Source of the DNA: Chrysomallon squamiferum
Taxonomy: Eukaryota > Animalia > Mollusca
NCBI GenBank assembly: GCA_012295275.1
Contig: CM022667.1
Span: 20,150,001-20,214,000, forward strand
Reading direction: 5' to 3'
DNA length: 64,000 nucleotides
Under the pieces are notes generated by a model. It saw only the letters and a program-made list of their open reading frames with translations, did not search any database and was not told the DNA's origin. This document shows, in pieces, positions 14,612 through 29,886 of the stretch (positions are counted from its first letter, which is position 1; each line of letters begins with the position of its first letter). The translations under genes and the position numbers were made by a program.

Positions 14612-17600
14612 TTACACACATATATATAAAGAATGTGTTTGGTCACTGAACAAAAACAAGCAAAATGTTTTGTGGCAGATATAAATATTGTGCCATTAAC
14701 CAGAATTTAAAAGTTGCTGTGGTAAAAACAATGTTAAGAGGCAAATTGTAAAAAAATTACGTTAGCATAAAATTCAAAACAACAGCCATACAGAGAATAA
14801 TTATTGATTCCCCTAAAACACTGTGTCACATCTGTAGCAGAATAAAGTGCCAACAACAAAAACTACAAAAAAGTTATCTGTAGGTTTTCTTCTGTAACCT
14901 AAACATTATAAACATTAAAAACAATCTGGGTAAACAATGTATATTTCTACAATTTTATTGCTATAATTATTACAAAGAAGAAGAACAAACAAAAAAATCA
15001 TAGAAAAAAACATTACAATGTTCTTTCAGTTTTAATAAAAGGTTTTAAAGCAATTTGAAAACAAAGTTAAAAACTCAGCAAAAGAAATGATCAGAGTGGT
15101 GCCTTTACAAGGAAACAAAACAAAAACAAGAGTAATAATAACAAAATGCCACTGTAATATCAGATAATTGTGCGGTCTGACCCAGTATTAATGCATAGTT
15201 TAACACATTTTATGACAACAGCCTGCCACTGAAAACAATGTCATGACCTTCAACAACAGTTGCTGACAACATCTCGAAAGTTAACTTATTTATCTGTTAT
15301 CACACTGGTTATTAATTAAATGTTTTAAGGTCACCATGAGTAACAGTTGAAAAAAATGAATTATAATCAGGTGTTATTATACAGTAAATTATACCATTTA
15401 TATGACTAACTGAATTATTCTTTTACAACATAATTTACTTTTAAGCACAGAGAGAGAAATAATAAAAAAATAAAAAAATTATTAATCATAATAAAATAAG
15501 TTACAAGGTTTTGTCCATTAGTGTTAACTGAATCGACTAAAGGAACAGATAATGGGTACGTATTAATAATAAATTATCATGGAAAGATGAACAAATACAT
15601 TAGAAAGTAAGCATGTCAAATGATATTAATGAAATAAACATCTTTTTTTTTTTTTAATTAATGTTTTTAAACAAATTAACTTTATACAATGTTTTGCCAG
15701 TTTTTAAATATATTTTATTTCTTATTAATTGAGATTTTACATAAGAACCGTGTAATGAAAACTATTTAGCAGTGCTCCATAAAAAAAGGCTCAATTTCCT
15801 GGACCTTTATTGTCTTTAAGAAATCAACTTTCTTTTTCCAGTTTTAATATGTTATTCAGAGCAAGCTGTTGATCACATAATTCAGTAGTTAGAACTGAGT
15901 TAGTAGTAGTGTTGTGCAGAAGAGAGAAAATGTTTACAAGTGCCAAAATGATTCTAGAATGAAGAAACCAAAGAAAGATAATTTATTAAACAACACACTT
16001 TGATATTTTAACATGTTTAACTTTATCTTTGTATCATTTAATAATTTAACATTTTAAAGTTATATTTATGTGATTAGGTAATTACATCTTGAGATGCCAT
16101 TATTTCATGGGTTACTCATTAACAGCATCTCTTTATATTCATTGTTTAAGAAAAGGATGGAAAGTGTTAGGATTAAAACTGATTAAATAACAGATTCCAC
16201 AACAAGCATAAATAATTCTTTATAGAAATAAAATGCTTATAATTAGGTCATTTAAATCTGTTCAAAGTAGCTTATACTGAGAATAAATATGAAGTTACAC
16301 TTAAGGTATGTATTGAAGCCTTTTTTTATTTTTTTAATCACTGTCTTGTAAGTATTTGTCTGCACGCCTAAACAGTAAGCTTGCATTACTTTCATTAATA
16401 TTTAAAATACTATTATCTGGTAAGTGAGCTGATTTTAAACAGATATGTTTCTTCTTTTCTCTCTCAGAAAACGAGGTGATGTGTTGATTAAAATGTTAGC
16501 ATCAGGCTTCATGATATCTTAAGCTTGTCCATCAAACTAATCCCCATTCAAGTGTGGTTTACAACAATCATCAAAGATGGTGGTATATGCTGTCATGCTT
16601 CTGGAAAAGTGCTCAGTAACAATAGCTTTCATTATCCCAAAATTAACCATTAAACAAAAAAAGAGAAGGCACCATATTTTATTTTCTCATATCTTTTATG
16701 CATTTTATTATACTCAGATTTAGTCAGTTTCTTTGGTATATGTCCTCATCTACTGTATTTTACTTTGCATTGATTATTAAAAAAATAATAAGGAAAAAAA
16801 AGAATTTATTTGGTTGGTGATTATATACAGATATATCCATATATATCTGTCTATCTGCCTGTCTCTCTATCAGGCATGGCATCAGGGTTAATCTGGAATA
16901 AAACTGAAAAAGGATATAAATTTTCAAGTTCTTATTTCACTGTCAGTACTTATTGAATCTTAATGCCTTGCCAGTGAAGCAACTGCAGGCTTGACGTTAC
17001 AATTAATGGGTTGTTATTAAAGCATCATTGAATCTGACTTTGGCCTTTTTTGCACCAGCTGATGTGATGTATTAAAATAGGTTGTGTTGCTGATAAACAA
17101 ATATTTGTTTTTGTGAAGTAATTTATTCTCATTGAATAAATGAAACAAAGAAATAACTGAATCATAGACATACATTTTTTTAAAGAACCAACACATAATA
17201 TATTTCCATGACAACAAGTTAATCATTATCTTATAATCAATACAGACAACAATATTCGCTGTTGGAAAATAATTAGCATGAAGAATATACTTTTTTTTTT
17301 GTGTATGTGTCTCTGTAGGTAATTACAAAACTCAAAAAAAGCTTTATTGTATCAAAAAACTGCACAGAATTATTTTAGTTCATTTTATAACAAAAACACA
17401 TCTATGTTACTCGTTCCCTTTAAAAATTTGAAATGAGATTGTGTTTTTAAAAATATTATGTGAATTTCTAATTATTCTTCTAAATGTTTACAAGACATTA
17501 CCTTTTGTTCAGCATCAGTGTATCATTACAACAACATGCTGTTTTTAACATCAACAGCAGGCCAAATCTCATAAATGAAAATGTTTAACTTGAATATATT

Positions 17601-17879
17601 AATGTAACACCTGTTGCAGCCAATTCACTAAAGTAATAGCACTTATAATAATAATATATATATATATATATATATCAAATGAATATTTTGAATACTTTTT
17701 ATTTAAATAGCCAGTAATCACTAATAATATAGATTTCCAAAGATTTTCACAAAAAATGGTAATAATTGTCGTTATTTACTAGTTACAAATGTAAATTTTT
17801 ATTTCATGTAAAATGATCAACAATACACAGTATAGTTAGGATACTGAAAATTAAACAACACCTACACATATTGAATATT

Positions 17880-18360
17880 CAATCGTACGTTCAACCGTAA
17901 CATTGGTATATCTGTATCAGTGTTACGAGTGTATGGGTTCATGCAATAACATAATAAAAGAAATCAAATATATTCAAAAGTTTTTAAACCTTATTTAAGT
18001 ATTATCAGAATCTATGCATTTTATTATTTTCCGTTTTTTTTTTTTTTTTTTTTTTTTTTTCTTTTTGTTATTTATCAAGTGTTCACCTAGATATTTCCCG
18101 GTATCTCGTGGGTCAGTCTCCGGCCTAACTAAAACGTGTTTGCGAAGGGAGATTACTCTTTCGCTAAAAACGAAAGAGAGAAAAAAAAAAAAAGACTGAA
18201 AATGTCTGCGCCCAAGCTCGGCTATCTGATTTTATCATTTTGCATCTAATAAATGTTCGAGACACGTATGTTCTGAAATTCTTTTGTGGAACAGGTAAAT
18301 TCGAAATAGGAGAGCTTAGTAAAATTAATTTTTCAATATGATGTAATATTCGCGTCGCTC
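17880..18360. promoter_or_regulatory. Putative bidirectional promoter / first-exon region between divergent KIAA0513-like and MPPE1
   Basis: Local CpG enrichment against a CpG-poor background. A + strand donor ACAG|GTAAAT at about 18294 pairs with the acceptor at 18848. The two genes are head-to-head. Confidence 0.45.
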
Positions 18361-18893
18361 GAACGATTAAATTGTTAAGTGATTAAAAACATATGTATTC
18401 TATTACTTTAATACTTAGTAACTTACGTTACTTAGTATTCACTATTCAGTATTGACACAGTTTACAATTGCATAATGATCAGTACGATAATATTTTATCA
18501 TTACTACACTGGTTGTTTATTATTATTATTATTATCTTAGTAAAATAACGTCAAAAGAAAATATTATTAAGATGATAAAGTATTTTTAAAAAAAAAATAA
18601 ATATAAAATAATAAATATAAAAGAGAATATATAAGATTACTTTTCTGTTATAACTAGATTTGCCGTTAGAATTTTATCCAAAATTATTTTAATCACAAGC
18701 ATTTAGTAGTTGTTAACTAGAATGATTTTAATAATTGTGACAGATAATCAGAATTGAGAGTAAATTATTTATATTTGTATCTCTCTTACATTCTAATGAT
18801 AATATGTTATTAAATAACTTACCATTTCTGTTCTTTTTGCTATTACAGGTAACACGTGGGAGAAAGTGAAATAGAATATGAACCTTATAAACA

Positions 18894-21800
18894 ATGCAAC
18901 ACGATGTGACTTTTACTCAACAGATTATTGGTTGCTTGGCGGCTTGCTGCCCAAGGTGTGCTGAAAGAATGGCATGGCTGTGTCAGTTGCCATTTCGAAT
19001 GTATTGGTTCATTGTTGCTAGAAAGTGGTCGAGAGCTTTCATAATTCTTCTTTTTCTTGTACTTTACTGTGAATACCTCCATTACTTTGTTGTGCTTCTT
19101 CAATGCTCATGGCCTCAGTTACAGAAAGAGAGTGTATCTGAACAGTTTGGTGCTAATAAGAATCATAAGCCACTTAAAGTGATGGTCATAGCTGATTTGC
19201 ATCTTTTAGGATGGAGAGAAGGTCACTGGTTTGACAAAATTCGCAGGTGAATTTTTTAAACAGTATTTTCAGTTCATTAATTGGAACAGCCTCGTCTGTA
19301 AAAGATTTCCATTAATGTTCCATAACTATCTGTCTGACAGATGAAGCATAAAATAATTCTTTTCAAAATATCTTTATTATAATTTTGTTTTAAATATTGA
19401 TAAACAGATGTGTTTTATAAATATAATTTATAATTACATAGATAAAAATAGCTAAAGAATGTCTTCTGTTGTACTAATTCATGTCAAATGATTTTGTTAC
19501 AGAAGTTAATTAGCAAAAATTAATAACCTATGTCAGAGTGAAAATATTAAAAATAAATTAAAATTTTATATTTATTGATTACCTGTTTACACATGTGATT
19601 AGTATTCTGTTTTTATTTATTTTTATTTTTTTAAATTTCAGAGAATGGCAGATGGAGAGATCATTTAAAACAAGTATTTTAATGTACAGTCCAGATGTTG
19701 TGTTTGTACTGGGTAATGCAGTTTTAACGTTTATGTTTTTATATTTACTTTATTAAGGAAACTGGTTAGACAATATTAGATTAAATTAATGTGTTGCTGT
19801 CTTCGTTAATTTATAATTTTTAACTGTTATAAAATTAGTTTTTTGTATAAAGAATTGGTCAAACTAATAAAGATATTTTTATTTCACATTATTATGACAG
19901 GTGTTATTTTTAAACTGTAAATAAAATAATTTACTGTTAATTCAGCAGAATTTACTTTGGTTTATATAATTAGTTTGTATTTATTTCAGGTGATTTGTTA
20001 GATGAAGGCCAGTGGTGTTCTGATTTTGAGTTCAAATACCATGAAGAAAGATTTAAAAGCATGTTTTCAGTTCCACCTAACACAGAGATGCATGTAGTTG
20101 TTGGCAATCATGATATAGGTTTTCATTATGTGTACGTGTTACTAGAATGAAATTTGTCATAACTGATATAAGGCATGATTTTTTTTCTTGAATTGAAATC
20201 TGTTCAGAATTAAAAATAATTTGTAATCTTAATTGTTGGTAAAAAAAGAAACCAACAACAGTGTTGTTACCAAAAAATTTAATCCTTTAATCTTTGATCT
20301 TGATGTAAATAATGTATGAATAAAATGAATCTGATTAGATAGTTATATAATTAATTATTTCCCATAATAAAGAAATAAACTGTCTTTATTATAATATTAT
20401 CTGATCATATCAGTGTTGTGTTGTTGTTTCCAAAAAAATTATTTTCCTAATTTCATTTTCTAGAATGGACAAACATAAACATCATAGATTTGAGAAAGCA
20501 TTTGATTCACCATCTGTGCAAATGCTTCGTATAAGAGACAACATATTTGTACTAGTTAACAGTATGACTCTTGAAGGTGATGGTTGTACTTTGTGTAGTG
20601 AAGCAGTCTCAAGGTTGAAGGACATTTCACAACAACTGACTTGTGTTCAGGTATTTTATTTAGATTTTATAAGAATCATATTTTATAGCACTTGAATGTT
20701 TTGAGTCTGGCCAATTTTTAACAGCTGTATTCTTAAATGTTAGTCTCAAGAACATCAGTGTATATTTCTGTACAATATTGGTGCTTATTATTTTTAATCT
20801 TTACTTTCATTTGGGTTTCTGAAAAAGCAACTAATTTCAGAAATGTTGCTGAATATGTTGCTTAAATGTAATGAACAATGTTCCTTGGATTTAGGAAGGT
20901 TCCAGTTTTGAACTATATATTTAGATAATGTTTACCCAATGTCATTTTTGTTCTTTTTGTTTTGACAAAAATGTATTAATTTGTAATTATTTTTAAAAAT
21001 CAAGATCATGTATATGTTATCTTTCAGAATCCTTTGAAGCTTCACAAACAAAGCAATGTGTGTCAGAAGTATGAAAGGTTTAAATATACAAAACCAATTT
21101 TACTTCAGGTATGAGTTTACATATGCCATCTAATTACAAAAATATTTTCTGTTCAGCTCAGCTTCCATTAGCTTATTGAAAAATATATATTAAGCCATAT
21201 TCATCGTCTTCATTTAACACTTTAACTATATGAAATATTTTAAGGCTGTTTTGACTTTTGTGTCTGAATGTAAATAAATATCCATTTAGTTAAACATTTT
21301 AAATTGTCTGTTAATTTAAACCTGTTTGTTTAAACCAGAAAATATATATCATTATTATTTAGCACTAGCACACCATCACAATATTCCACTTCCACTGCCA
21401 AAAAAGGAAGACATTTTTTTTTAATTATAATGTTTTCATACTTGCAGCATTTTCCAATGTATAGACCTTCAGATGCAACCTGTGATACTCCAGATGCAGC
21501 GCCACCTAATGTCAAAAACATTCCTTTTAAAATTAAGCACGACTGTCTGTCCAAAGCTGCCTCACTGCAGGTAACAGTCAACAGTTTCATGTAAACCACC
21601 ATCAGGTTACAGGAGCTCTTCCTGACTGAAGTGAATGTAATGAGTATTGAGCGTGTGATCCATTTTGTTAGATAATGATAAATGATCCAATTCAGGAATT
21701 CTACACTGATTTTTTTTTGGACTGAAAAGACTGCTATTTTCTTGAGTTCTTACTTTGTTAACCTTTTTTTATTTTGATTAATATTATATTTTTTTTATGT

Positions 21801-22660
21801 CTTATTATTATTTATTATTATTATATTATTATTATTATAGTAATTATTGTTGTTGTTACATTTTATGGTTATAGTTGTCATATGAAAACTACTTTCCTCT
21901 GGATTTGGATTCTAAGAGCTGTGTTACATTAATTACATGCATTTTAAATTCATTTTGTGTCATGCAGTCATTATATTGCATACAATCTTTTCATTTTTAT
22001 ATTTATCTTTCAGCTCTTTGAATGGATAAACCCTCGTTTTATAATTAGTGCTCACATCCATCATGGCTGCTATTATGTCCATAACAACAATATTCCTGAA
22101 TGGACAATTGCTTCATATAGCTGGAGAAATAAAATCAATCCAACATTTCTTCTAGTAAGTGAATTTAATTATTTTTTTAATTCATGGGATTACTGGTGGT
22201 GGTTTTTAATATTGTTTGTTACTTTTGATTTAGCAAATAACTCTTATATTTGCAGTATCCAATTCCTTTGCATGCCAAAAAAAAGAAGTTATTCACACAC
22301 GCACGCACGCTCTTCCTGTTTGTGCATAAAATTCATATGTACAGATAAATAAAAATACATTCAATGATAATTGTGTGTCATGTTTAATCTCAGAAATAAA
22401 TTTGTCAGCAGTTTATTATTTTAAGAATTTTCAGTGATGTTAATTGATATTTATTCTCAATCATGCCAACATTCTTTAGTATTTTCTTTTAAAAAAACTA
22501 GATGACTGTAGCTAATGAAGATTATTCAGTAAACCGGTGTTTCCTACCGAACGAGTTCACTGTGTTGGTGATGTACATTACTGGAGGAGTAATAGTGTTT
22601 CTTCTTTTAATCTTCCCAAGGAGAGTGGTGAAATTCAGTTCTGGGGACAAAGTGCATTAA
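18894..22660 (+). CDS. MPPE1: Metallophosphoesterase 1 (PGAP5/Cdc1-like, GPI-remodelling ER enzyme); exons 18894-19246, 19642-19712, 19990-20131, 20464-20650, 21028-21108, 21448-21570, 22014-22154, 22502-22660
   Basis: N-terminal TM segment, calcineurin-like motifs IADLHLLG...GHWFDKIRREWQMERSF, VLGDLLDEG, VVGNHDIGFHY, LQHFPMYR, ISAHIHHGC and SYSWRN, then a C-terminal TM segment and a stop at 22658-22660. All junctions are GT-AG and in phase. Confidence 0.93.
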
Positions 22661-24210
22661 TAACTCAGCTAAAATAGTGACGTGCAAAATAATAATTTTA
22701 ATTCTTTTATACATTCTTAATATTATGTACATAGTTTTAAATTCTTTATTTGTTATTTTGTAAATTAACAGTTACACATTGTGGTAGTACTATATAATAA
22801 AATGCAATTATTTTAATAAGTAACGATTTAAATTGTATTCTAATCGTATTAATGATATCTTAATTTATTTAAATTTGTGTTGATGAACAGAATGTATAAA
22901 AAATATTTTAAAGTCAAAATAAGAAATAATTTATTGACATCATAAACAATATAAAACTTTTATTGAATTATTTGACAGCATTTTGCTTATTTGTATGGTT
23001 TTTTTTTAACAGTATTTTTATTTTAAAAGCATAATCTTACAAATTTTGAATTGAGAGTAACTTTTTGAACTGTAACTCAGTGTATTTTTAATATACCTCA
23101 GATCAGTCATGTATATTAAAATAAAAATATTAAAAACAATTTCTTAACATCTTGTTATGTTTTTTTGTATTTTATTATTTCATATTGACAAAAGTACATT
23201 CTGAAAATATAGGTGTACAGGCCTTGTTCATTTCTGTATAATAATTTTCGTTTCCTGTGTTGAAATTATAAAATATGTAAGAACTTATTTTTATATAAAC
23301 ACATTTCAGAAATTAAATCCAGTTATCTGTAGGTCATTGGTGCTTCTGAAATGCTTTGGCTTGATCAACAAGTAGGTCAATATTTTGTGTTATTTGTTCC
23401 ATTTTATTGCCAAGGCTAAGTGGTTACCAAACCCAATATTCATGTTTTATTTGGAATAATGCCCATAAAATAAATCTGTTAGACACTGAAATGTTTTCAA
23501 GTAGATACTGAAACAGTATCTATGGATTGTGAACAAATCACTTGAAGAATGAAAATATAAATGGTTTTTATCATTGAATAAATACTTACATCCACAAAAT
23601 GTAGAGACGGTTAATGATTGAGTTTGTATCATACAGTGGGTATATTTAAATATATATCTGGTTGAGTAGATAAGTTAAAACCAAGAACAAAAGTTTATAG
23701 GTAGAAATGTCAAAACTGAACACTAGAGGTTAAAATTAATGTCTGAAGTTAAAGATTTGCTAGTCTATATCCGAGTAGTTCTGTTCTATGCTATTGCATT
23801 CTTAAAGTAAAATAATCAGTCATATGCTCGTTTCAGTAGGCTAAGAAATGAAAACAACAAAAGTAAACATTTGGTTTGTTTTATTTCATCCACCAAATAA
23901 AACAGGCATGTAGTTTTAACAGAATGTAGTTAAAAAAACAAAAACAAAGGATAAACAGACTAAAATCCTGTATCCAAGAAAAACTGCAAGTAAAAAAAAA
24001 AAAAAAAAAGAAAGAAACAAACCCCAAAAAACTAAAAAACTGATTTAGTTGGATTAATCAATAAAATAAAATGATTGAAGACTCTCTATATAAGAGTTTT
24101 AGTTCCACAAACACCTTACTCAGTGAATTCAATTTATCTTTCATATGTATAGAACATTTCATCGAAATGTTCAAATTAGTTTTTTAAAATATTTTTATAT
24201 TTTTTTAATT

Positions 24211-24248
<38 letters not shown>

Positions 24249-26380
24249 CAAATTAATGTAGAATTTTTTTTTTTTTTTTTTTTTTTTTTCAAAATAAAAT
24301 AACGATGAGCACTTCTAGGACCAGAACTTAAACCAGTTATACAATGCCTTTTTCTTTATTCCTTATTTCAAACACGTAAGAATACGACCTTCTCACAATT
24401 ATTTCATTATTTTCCAAATTGAACATCTGGTAATTGAAATACCACTATTTCAAACAATACATTCTAAAAACAACTACTGCAAATTACATCCTCCTCCAAG
24501 ACATCCAGTTTGAAAGGCTATCTCTAAATTCATTACTCAATATTAAATTGAAGAAAAACAAAATTAAAATTCCAGCCCTAAAATGAAATTTAAACTACTA
24601 ACAGCTTCTGTAGAGCCACAAAAATCATTTTGAATTATCTCACCTCCAACAAGTAATCCCCAAAAAATAAATAAAATAAAAATAAAATACAAAGTGTTCT
24701 GACAGCCATAATTTTATTTAAGTTTTTAAAAACTTTTCTGTTAGACCTGATGGTAATAAACCAAAAAGAAATCTTGGGGTATTTGGAATTCAAACATCAT
24801 ACTTCTGAGACCAAGCAAGGATTTCATCTTTAATCTAACATTTATCAACATAACATGAACCATCTACAATAATAACACACAATACATACATTCACATTAT
24901 GTACATTTGTAGCAATATTAAAACTAAGTAAGTGTTTATAAATTCATATCTGTTTACATATACATACTAACAGTAACAGCAGATAATATTCCATTGTTAG
25001 AAAGACTGCCATTGTTTTACAAACAAAGATTCATTTCACCCTTCATTTCATTTCTTTTTCTTCTGTGAAGTACAGAAATCAAATAAATAGAATTCGGTTT
25101 GAATCAAACATGTATTAAATGGTTTTCTTAAACAAAAATATTTCAAACACATATAACATAAGGATTTCACATTAAATGGATTTCATTTTACAAAAAACTG
25201 CTTACAATTTTTAATTCCTATTCAACAACTAAATATTCTGAACATGTAAAAGAAAATGAACAAAATGATGTATAATTGAATGGAAGACATTAGACACAAG
25301 TATAAAATAGTTTTGTTTCAATAAAAGTCTGAATCTAAATACTTTGTGTTTCAGCCTGTATTTTATGTACCTTTTTTTTTTTCATTACTTTTTTTTGCTT
25401 ACTTCCCAGCTGTGATGATATGCTGGAATCAAAATATTATTTGATAATTTTTCCATCACTAAATGAACATGATCTATTAATCAACAGGAAACCGATACCA
25501 AATACAATAATGAAAAATTATAATTTTATTAAAATGCATGGAAGAGCACACAAACCTTTATGTGAAACTGAATCTTCAAGAAAATATTTAATAGTGATTT
25601 CGAATTACAAATGCAGAATTAATTAAAATATGAAATAAATTATTTGTAAAATAAACAACAAAAAGGTAGAAGAAAAGTTATAACTGATGACTAATAACCT
25701 TCAATTTGAAACAATATTTTACATGTAATCGAAAGATCAACATTGTAAAGTGACTGACCTGAACATCATTACAGCATGTCTGCTTTATAAAGTAACAGAA
25801 TATAAAAACAGAAAACTTACTGGCCAATCACATTGAGAAAATGAAAAATAAATAAATAAATAAATAAATACATAAAACTAGGATAAAAAATATTAAAAGC
25901 TGAAATCACAAAAAAAAGAGAAAAAAAGAAAGAAAGAAGGAAGGAAAAACCCAACTCGACTGATATGAACAAAATAACGAGCCATTTACCAAAGTAAACA
26001 AAAGGCCACATTATCACAAGTAACGTTTTTGGTTGACTACTTGATGCACTAGCAGCCCAAAATACATGTGCAGTTCACAAGCTGCAGGTATGGTAACAAG
26101 ACACTCTTCACAGTGAATAATATTGCACTTTCCTTTTCTATTATCTTCCAGAAAGACATTAATTTCAAAATTATGATACATGAACGCTGGTTATCACTAA
26201 CTGATAAACCTCTTAATTTGAATTTATTTATGCAGTCTGTATCTGTTCTGAGTTTCTGGTTGGATAATGCAATGGACAAAAAACAGCACAGTTTAGAAAA
26301 ATGGTTGGCACAACTCAAGTTATTTATGATGGTGTGTTTTGTTAGTTTCACAACAAATCTTGGCCAGTCTATTCGGACAT

Positions 26381-28277
26381 TTAGTTGCCATTGACTCCGG
26401 GTGGTGGCTGTGGTATAAGGGAAGTGAAAAAGGTGGACACAAAACACCAGAACAGTGCAAAAGCACCAGGTTTATCAGCAACAGGAGCATTCTGCTGGTT
26501 ACCTTCTGCAGCTTCATCTCTCACTTCAGCATTACCACCATCGTTCTGAAAATTAAAATAATAACTAAATAATCACTAGTGTTAACGAACAGAAGTCATA
26601 TTCTGATTATTATAGTTACTGACATTGTTCGTGAATGTTTCTGTCTCTTAACTGTTTTCAGTAGAGGTTAAAAAATGTTTTATTTTAAATCAATATGAAT
26701 TTATGATCTAAAAATATACCACTTTTTGTATTTGTAACATGAAATGAAAGCAAACCATTTGTATATAACAAATTGTATATTAAAATAACTTTGTTTTGGT
26801 GATTGATCTTTGTTGATAATAAAGCTGAATAATAAAGACACCAGCTTGTGAACAGGCTGACAATTTAAGTTAAAAGTAAATGATTACACAACTGACAAGC
26901 TCAAGCTGTCATGAACATTCTTTACATTCCTGACATCACAATAAAGCTCACAATTTTAGCAATGAAATCACTGCAAGAAAATTACAAAATGAACAGGAAG
27001 TATTTACAATGTGTTTTTGCTGTTAGCTGACATACGTATGTGTGTGTGTGTGTGTGTGTGTATACACACTCAGACAATCTTTAAATCTTTGTAACTTACT
27101 TGTGGTGCCTGGTCTCCTGCTGGTGCTGCTGGCTCAGGTGGCTGAGCAGGTGCTGCCTCTGCAGGTGCCTGCTGTTCAACAGGTGCTGCTGGCCTGGCAT
27201 TCTGTCTCAACAGCTTCCATCCATTCTGCAGTCTAAAACAAAACAAAAATTACAAAATGATTCCCTCTTTTTTCTCAGGATAACTAGTGCAATTACTAAA
27301 GAGCAATTAATAGTGATTAAACAGCATTAAATTCACTTTATTATTAGTTTTATTATTTTCATTTATAATAATAATAATAATAATAATAATAATTAATTTA
27401 TATCTTGGTAACACTTTTTGTAATTTTTATTTATATTTTTATGGCTTGGCAATGAAAAACAATGAAAACTCATTATTATTTTTAATGATACACATATTTT
27501 TTCTTACACATGCACACACATCTATAAATCTATGTAATGTCAGAGACAGACAGACAGATGTACTTACAAGTATACGAAAAAGAATCCTCCCAAGACGTAA
27601 ATAAATCGACTCAGTGACGAGTAGAAGTAGACAATGCTGACAAGTACAAGGAAGCGGAAAGACACAAATATATAGTCCAGCCAATCACGATGCTCCACAT
27701 CTTCATCATCGTCGTCTTCAACCACACCACCTTGAGCATTCATGCGTACATTCTGATTGGCTGCTGGTGCATTGACAGGCCTGTTCTGATTGGCTGCTCT
27801 GTCATTAGTTACTGCAGAAGATGGTGCAGCCTGTGTCAGGGGTGCAGTTGGGTTCAGATTCTGATAACTTTATAAAAATAAAACATTACAATGAAAAATG
27901 ACAGAGCAAAATTAATGTAAGCTGAAAACTTGTATCATTAATTAAACTGTTTAACAGCAGAACTTAAACTTCATAAATACCATATTGTTATTTATTCATG
28001 TTCAAAATTACTGCTCATCATTCTGCATATAAAAATATACATTTTACTAGTCCAAAGAAACATATCATGGCCTTTGTTAACTTCATTCTATGTCACTAAG
28101 AATACTCACTACTGCATATACTGTGCCATGTACTGAGCATACATCTGCTGCATCCACATGTACTGTAAAGGTGTTTGATACCCAGCCTGCGGAGGCATCA
28201 TCATATGTCCACCAGTACCCACTGAAGCCATCATTTGATTGTATAGGGCCTGGTTAGGAAATTCTGGAGCACTGCTG

Positions 28278-28312
<35 letters not shown>

Positions 28313-29845
28313 GAAATGTTTTAAATAGTTCAAAAACAACAATACTAATATGGTTTTTGGCTAGGATATATTATTAAATTATGCTTACCTGGGACTGAAT
28401 ACACTAGGGTGATTGTTACTAGGATTAGATCCTCTGAACCTGAGATTTTCTGTAGTCGAGGATGAGACAGTGGAATAATCTGATCCTGATGGCACAAGCT
28501 CAGGTGAGGACTTTAATAATAATAATAATAATAATAAATATTGTAATGTAATAACAAAAGACTGGAATTAAAAAAAAGTCAGTCAGTACTAATAGCAAGA
28601 TTGTCCTGATAAAGGAGTTACATTGAAAAAAAGAAAAAAGAAATCAAACTTATATTTAGGGCTTTAAAAAAAAAAGATCTAGGTTATACTGTTTAATGTA
28701 ATTGCTTTTTGTGTAAGTGGTGAAAAATGTGATCCAAAAAACTTGACATAAAATCTGAACAACTTATCCTATTTCTGTCCTTTCTTATGCTGCCCTCTCC
28801 TATCCAAAACATTTACTTAAGCATTCTTGAAAATTTCATCCCATGCTACTACTATTCATATATTTAAATTTGATGCTTGCAATTGTAAAATCAGGCTATA
28901 TTATAAAGAAACATTTGCTTAACTGCTTTAGATTATAAAAATAAAAAGTAACGGGATCAGTTATAAATATACTTACTGAATCTGGATTTTCAGTGGATGA
29001 ATGATCAGCATGAGAACAAACTAAGTGAACTGTGTGGAGAGCTGCTTCATCAATCTAAATAAAATATAAGAAAAACTCAAAGTAAAAAAATAGCCACACA
29101 CACATAAAAATAGCCACACACACATAAAAATAATAACAAACAACAACAACAAAATGTAAATATTCTGGAAATAATTTCAGCATCCATCCTGAATCTGTGT
29201 TACATACACAGTAAAATAAAAAAAAGTGATTTCACCCTCAAATACAGCAACACAAAGAAAAGCAGACATCTATATACAGTCAGATTTGTGCAAAGATAAA
29301 ACAAATAAAATACTGATTACTGTTATATGTTTATGATTGTTCTCAAAAACTTGTGGGTCACCAAGGCTTAGACATAACCCATTTTTCACATCTTGTGAAT
29401 AACTTTGTTGTCAAAGTCAACTGTATGTGACTGTCCCAATATCAGTGCAGAAATTTCTGACAAATATTTTTATACATAGTTAGCAAAAAATAGCCTGCTG
29501 TGTTTTTGTTCGGTTTTGCAAAGTCATGAAAAGTCTTGGAAATTGGGTAAACAAATTGTTTTTAGTGCAAGAAAAAGTTTTTTTTTTAAATCAACTCAAA
29601 TTTTGTCATTAGATCTGACATTCAAAAGCTTTGTCTTTTTTTGGGATCAAATTACTAAAAAGTAAAGTTCATGTAAAAGATAGTCAAAAATCTCAGATGT
29701 GCAGTTAAATGTATACGTCCTTATAGTGATAGTGATAAAAGTTTTCAATGTAAAACTGCAGTATCATGAGTGTGTAAACCTGTGTTGACAAATATAACTT
29801 CTTTTGTGGTAAATATTTGTCAAGTAATTTGAGATGTTTATGATG

Positions 29846-29886
<41 letters not shown>

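Noticed and set aside
26049-26572. Overlapping ORFs of 65-132 aa on both strands
   Set aside because: They are shadow frames of the HERPUD last exon and 3' UTR, with no recognisable domain.
28271-28276. NAGNAG (CAGCAG) acceptor in HERPUD exon 5
   Set aside because: A common one-codon wobble in a disordered region, so not noteworthy.
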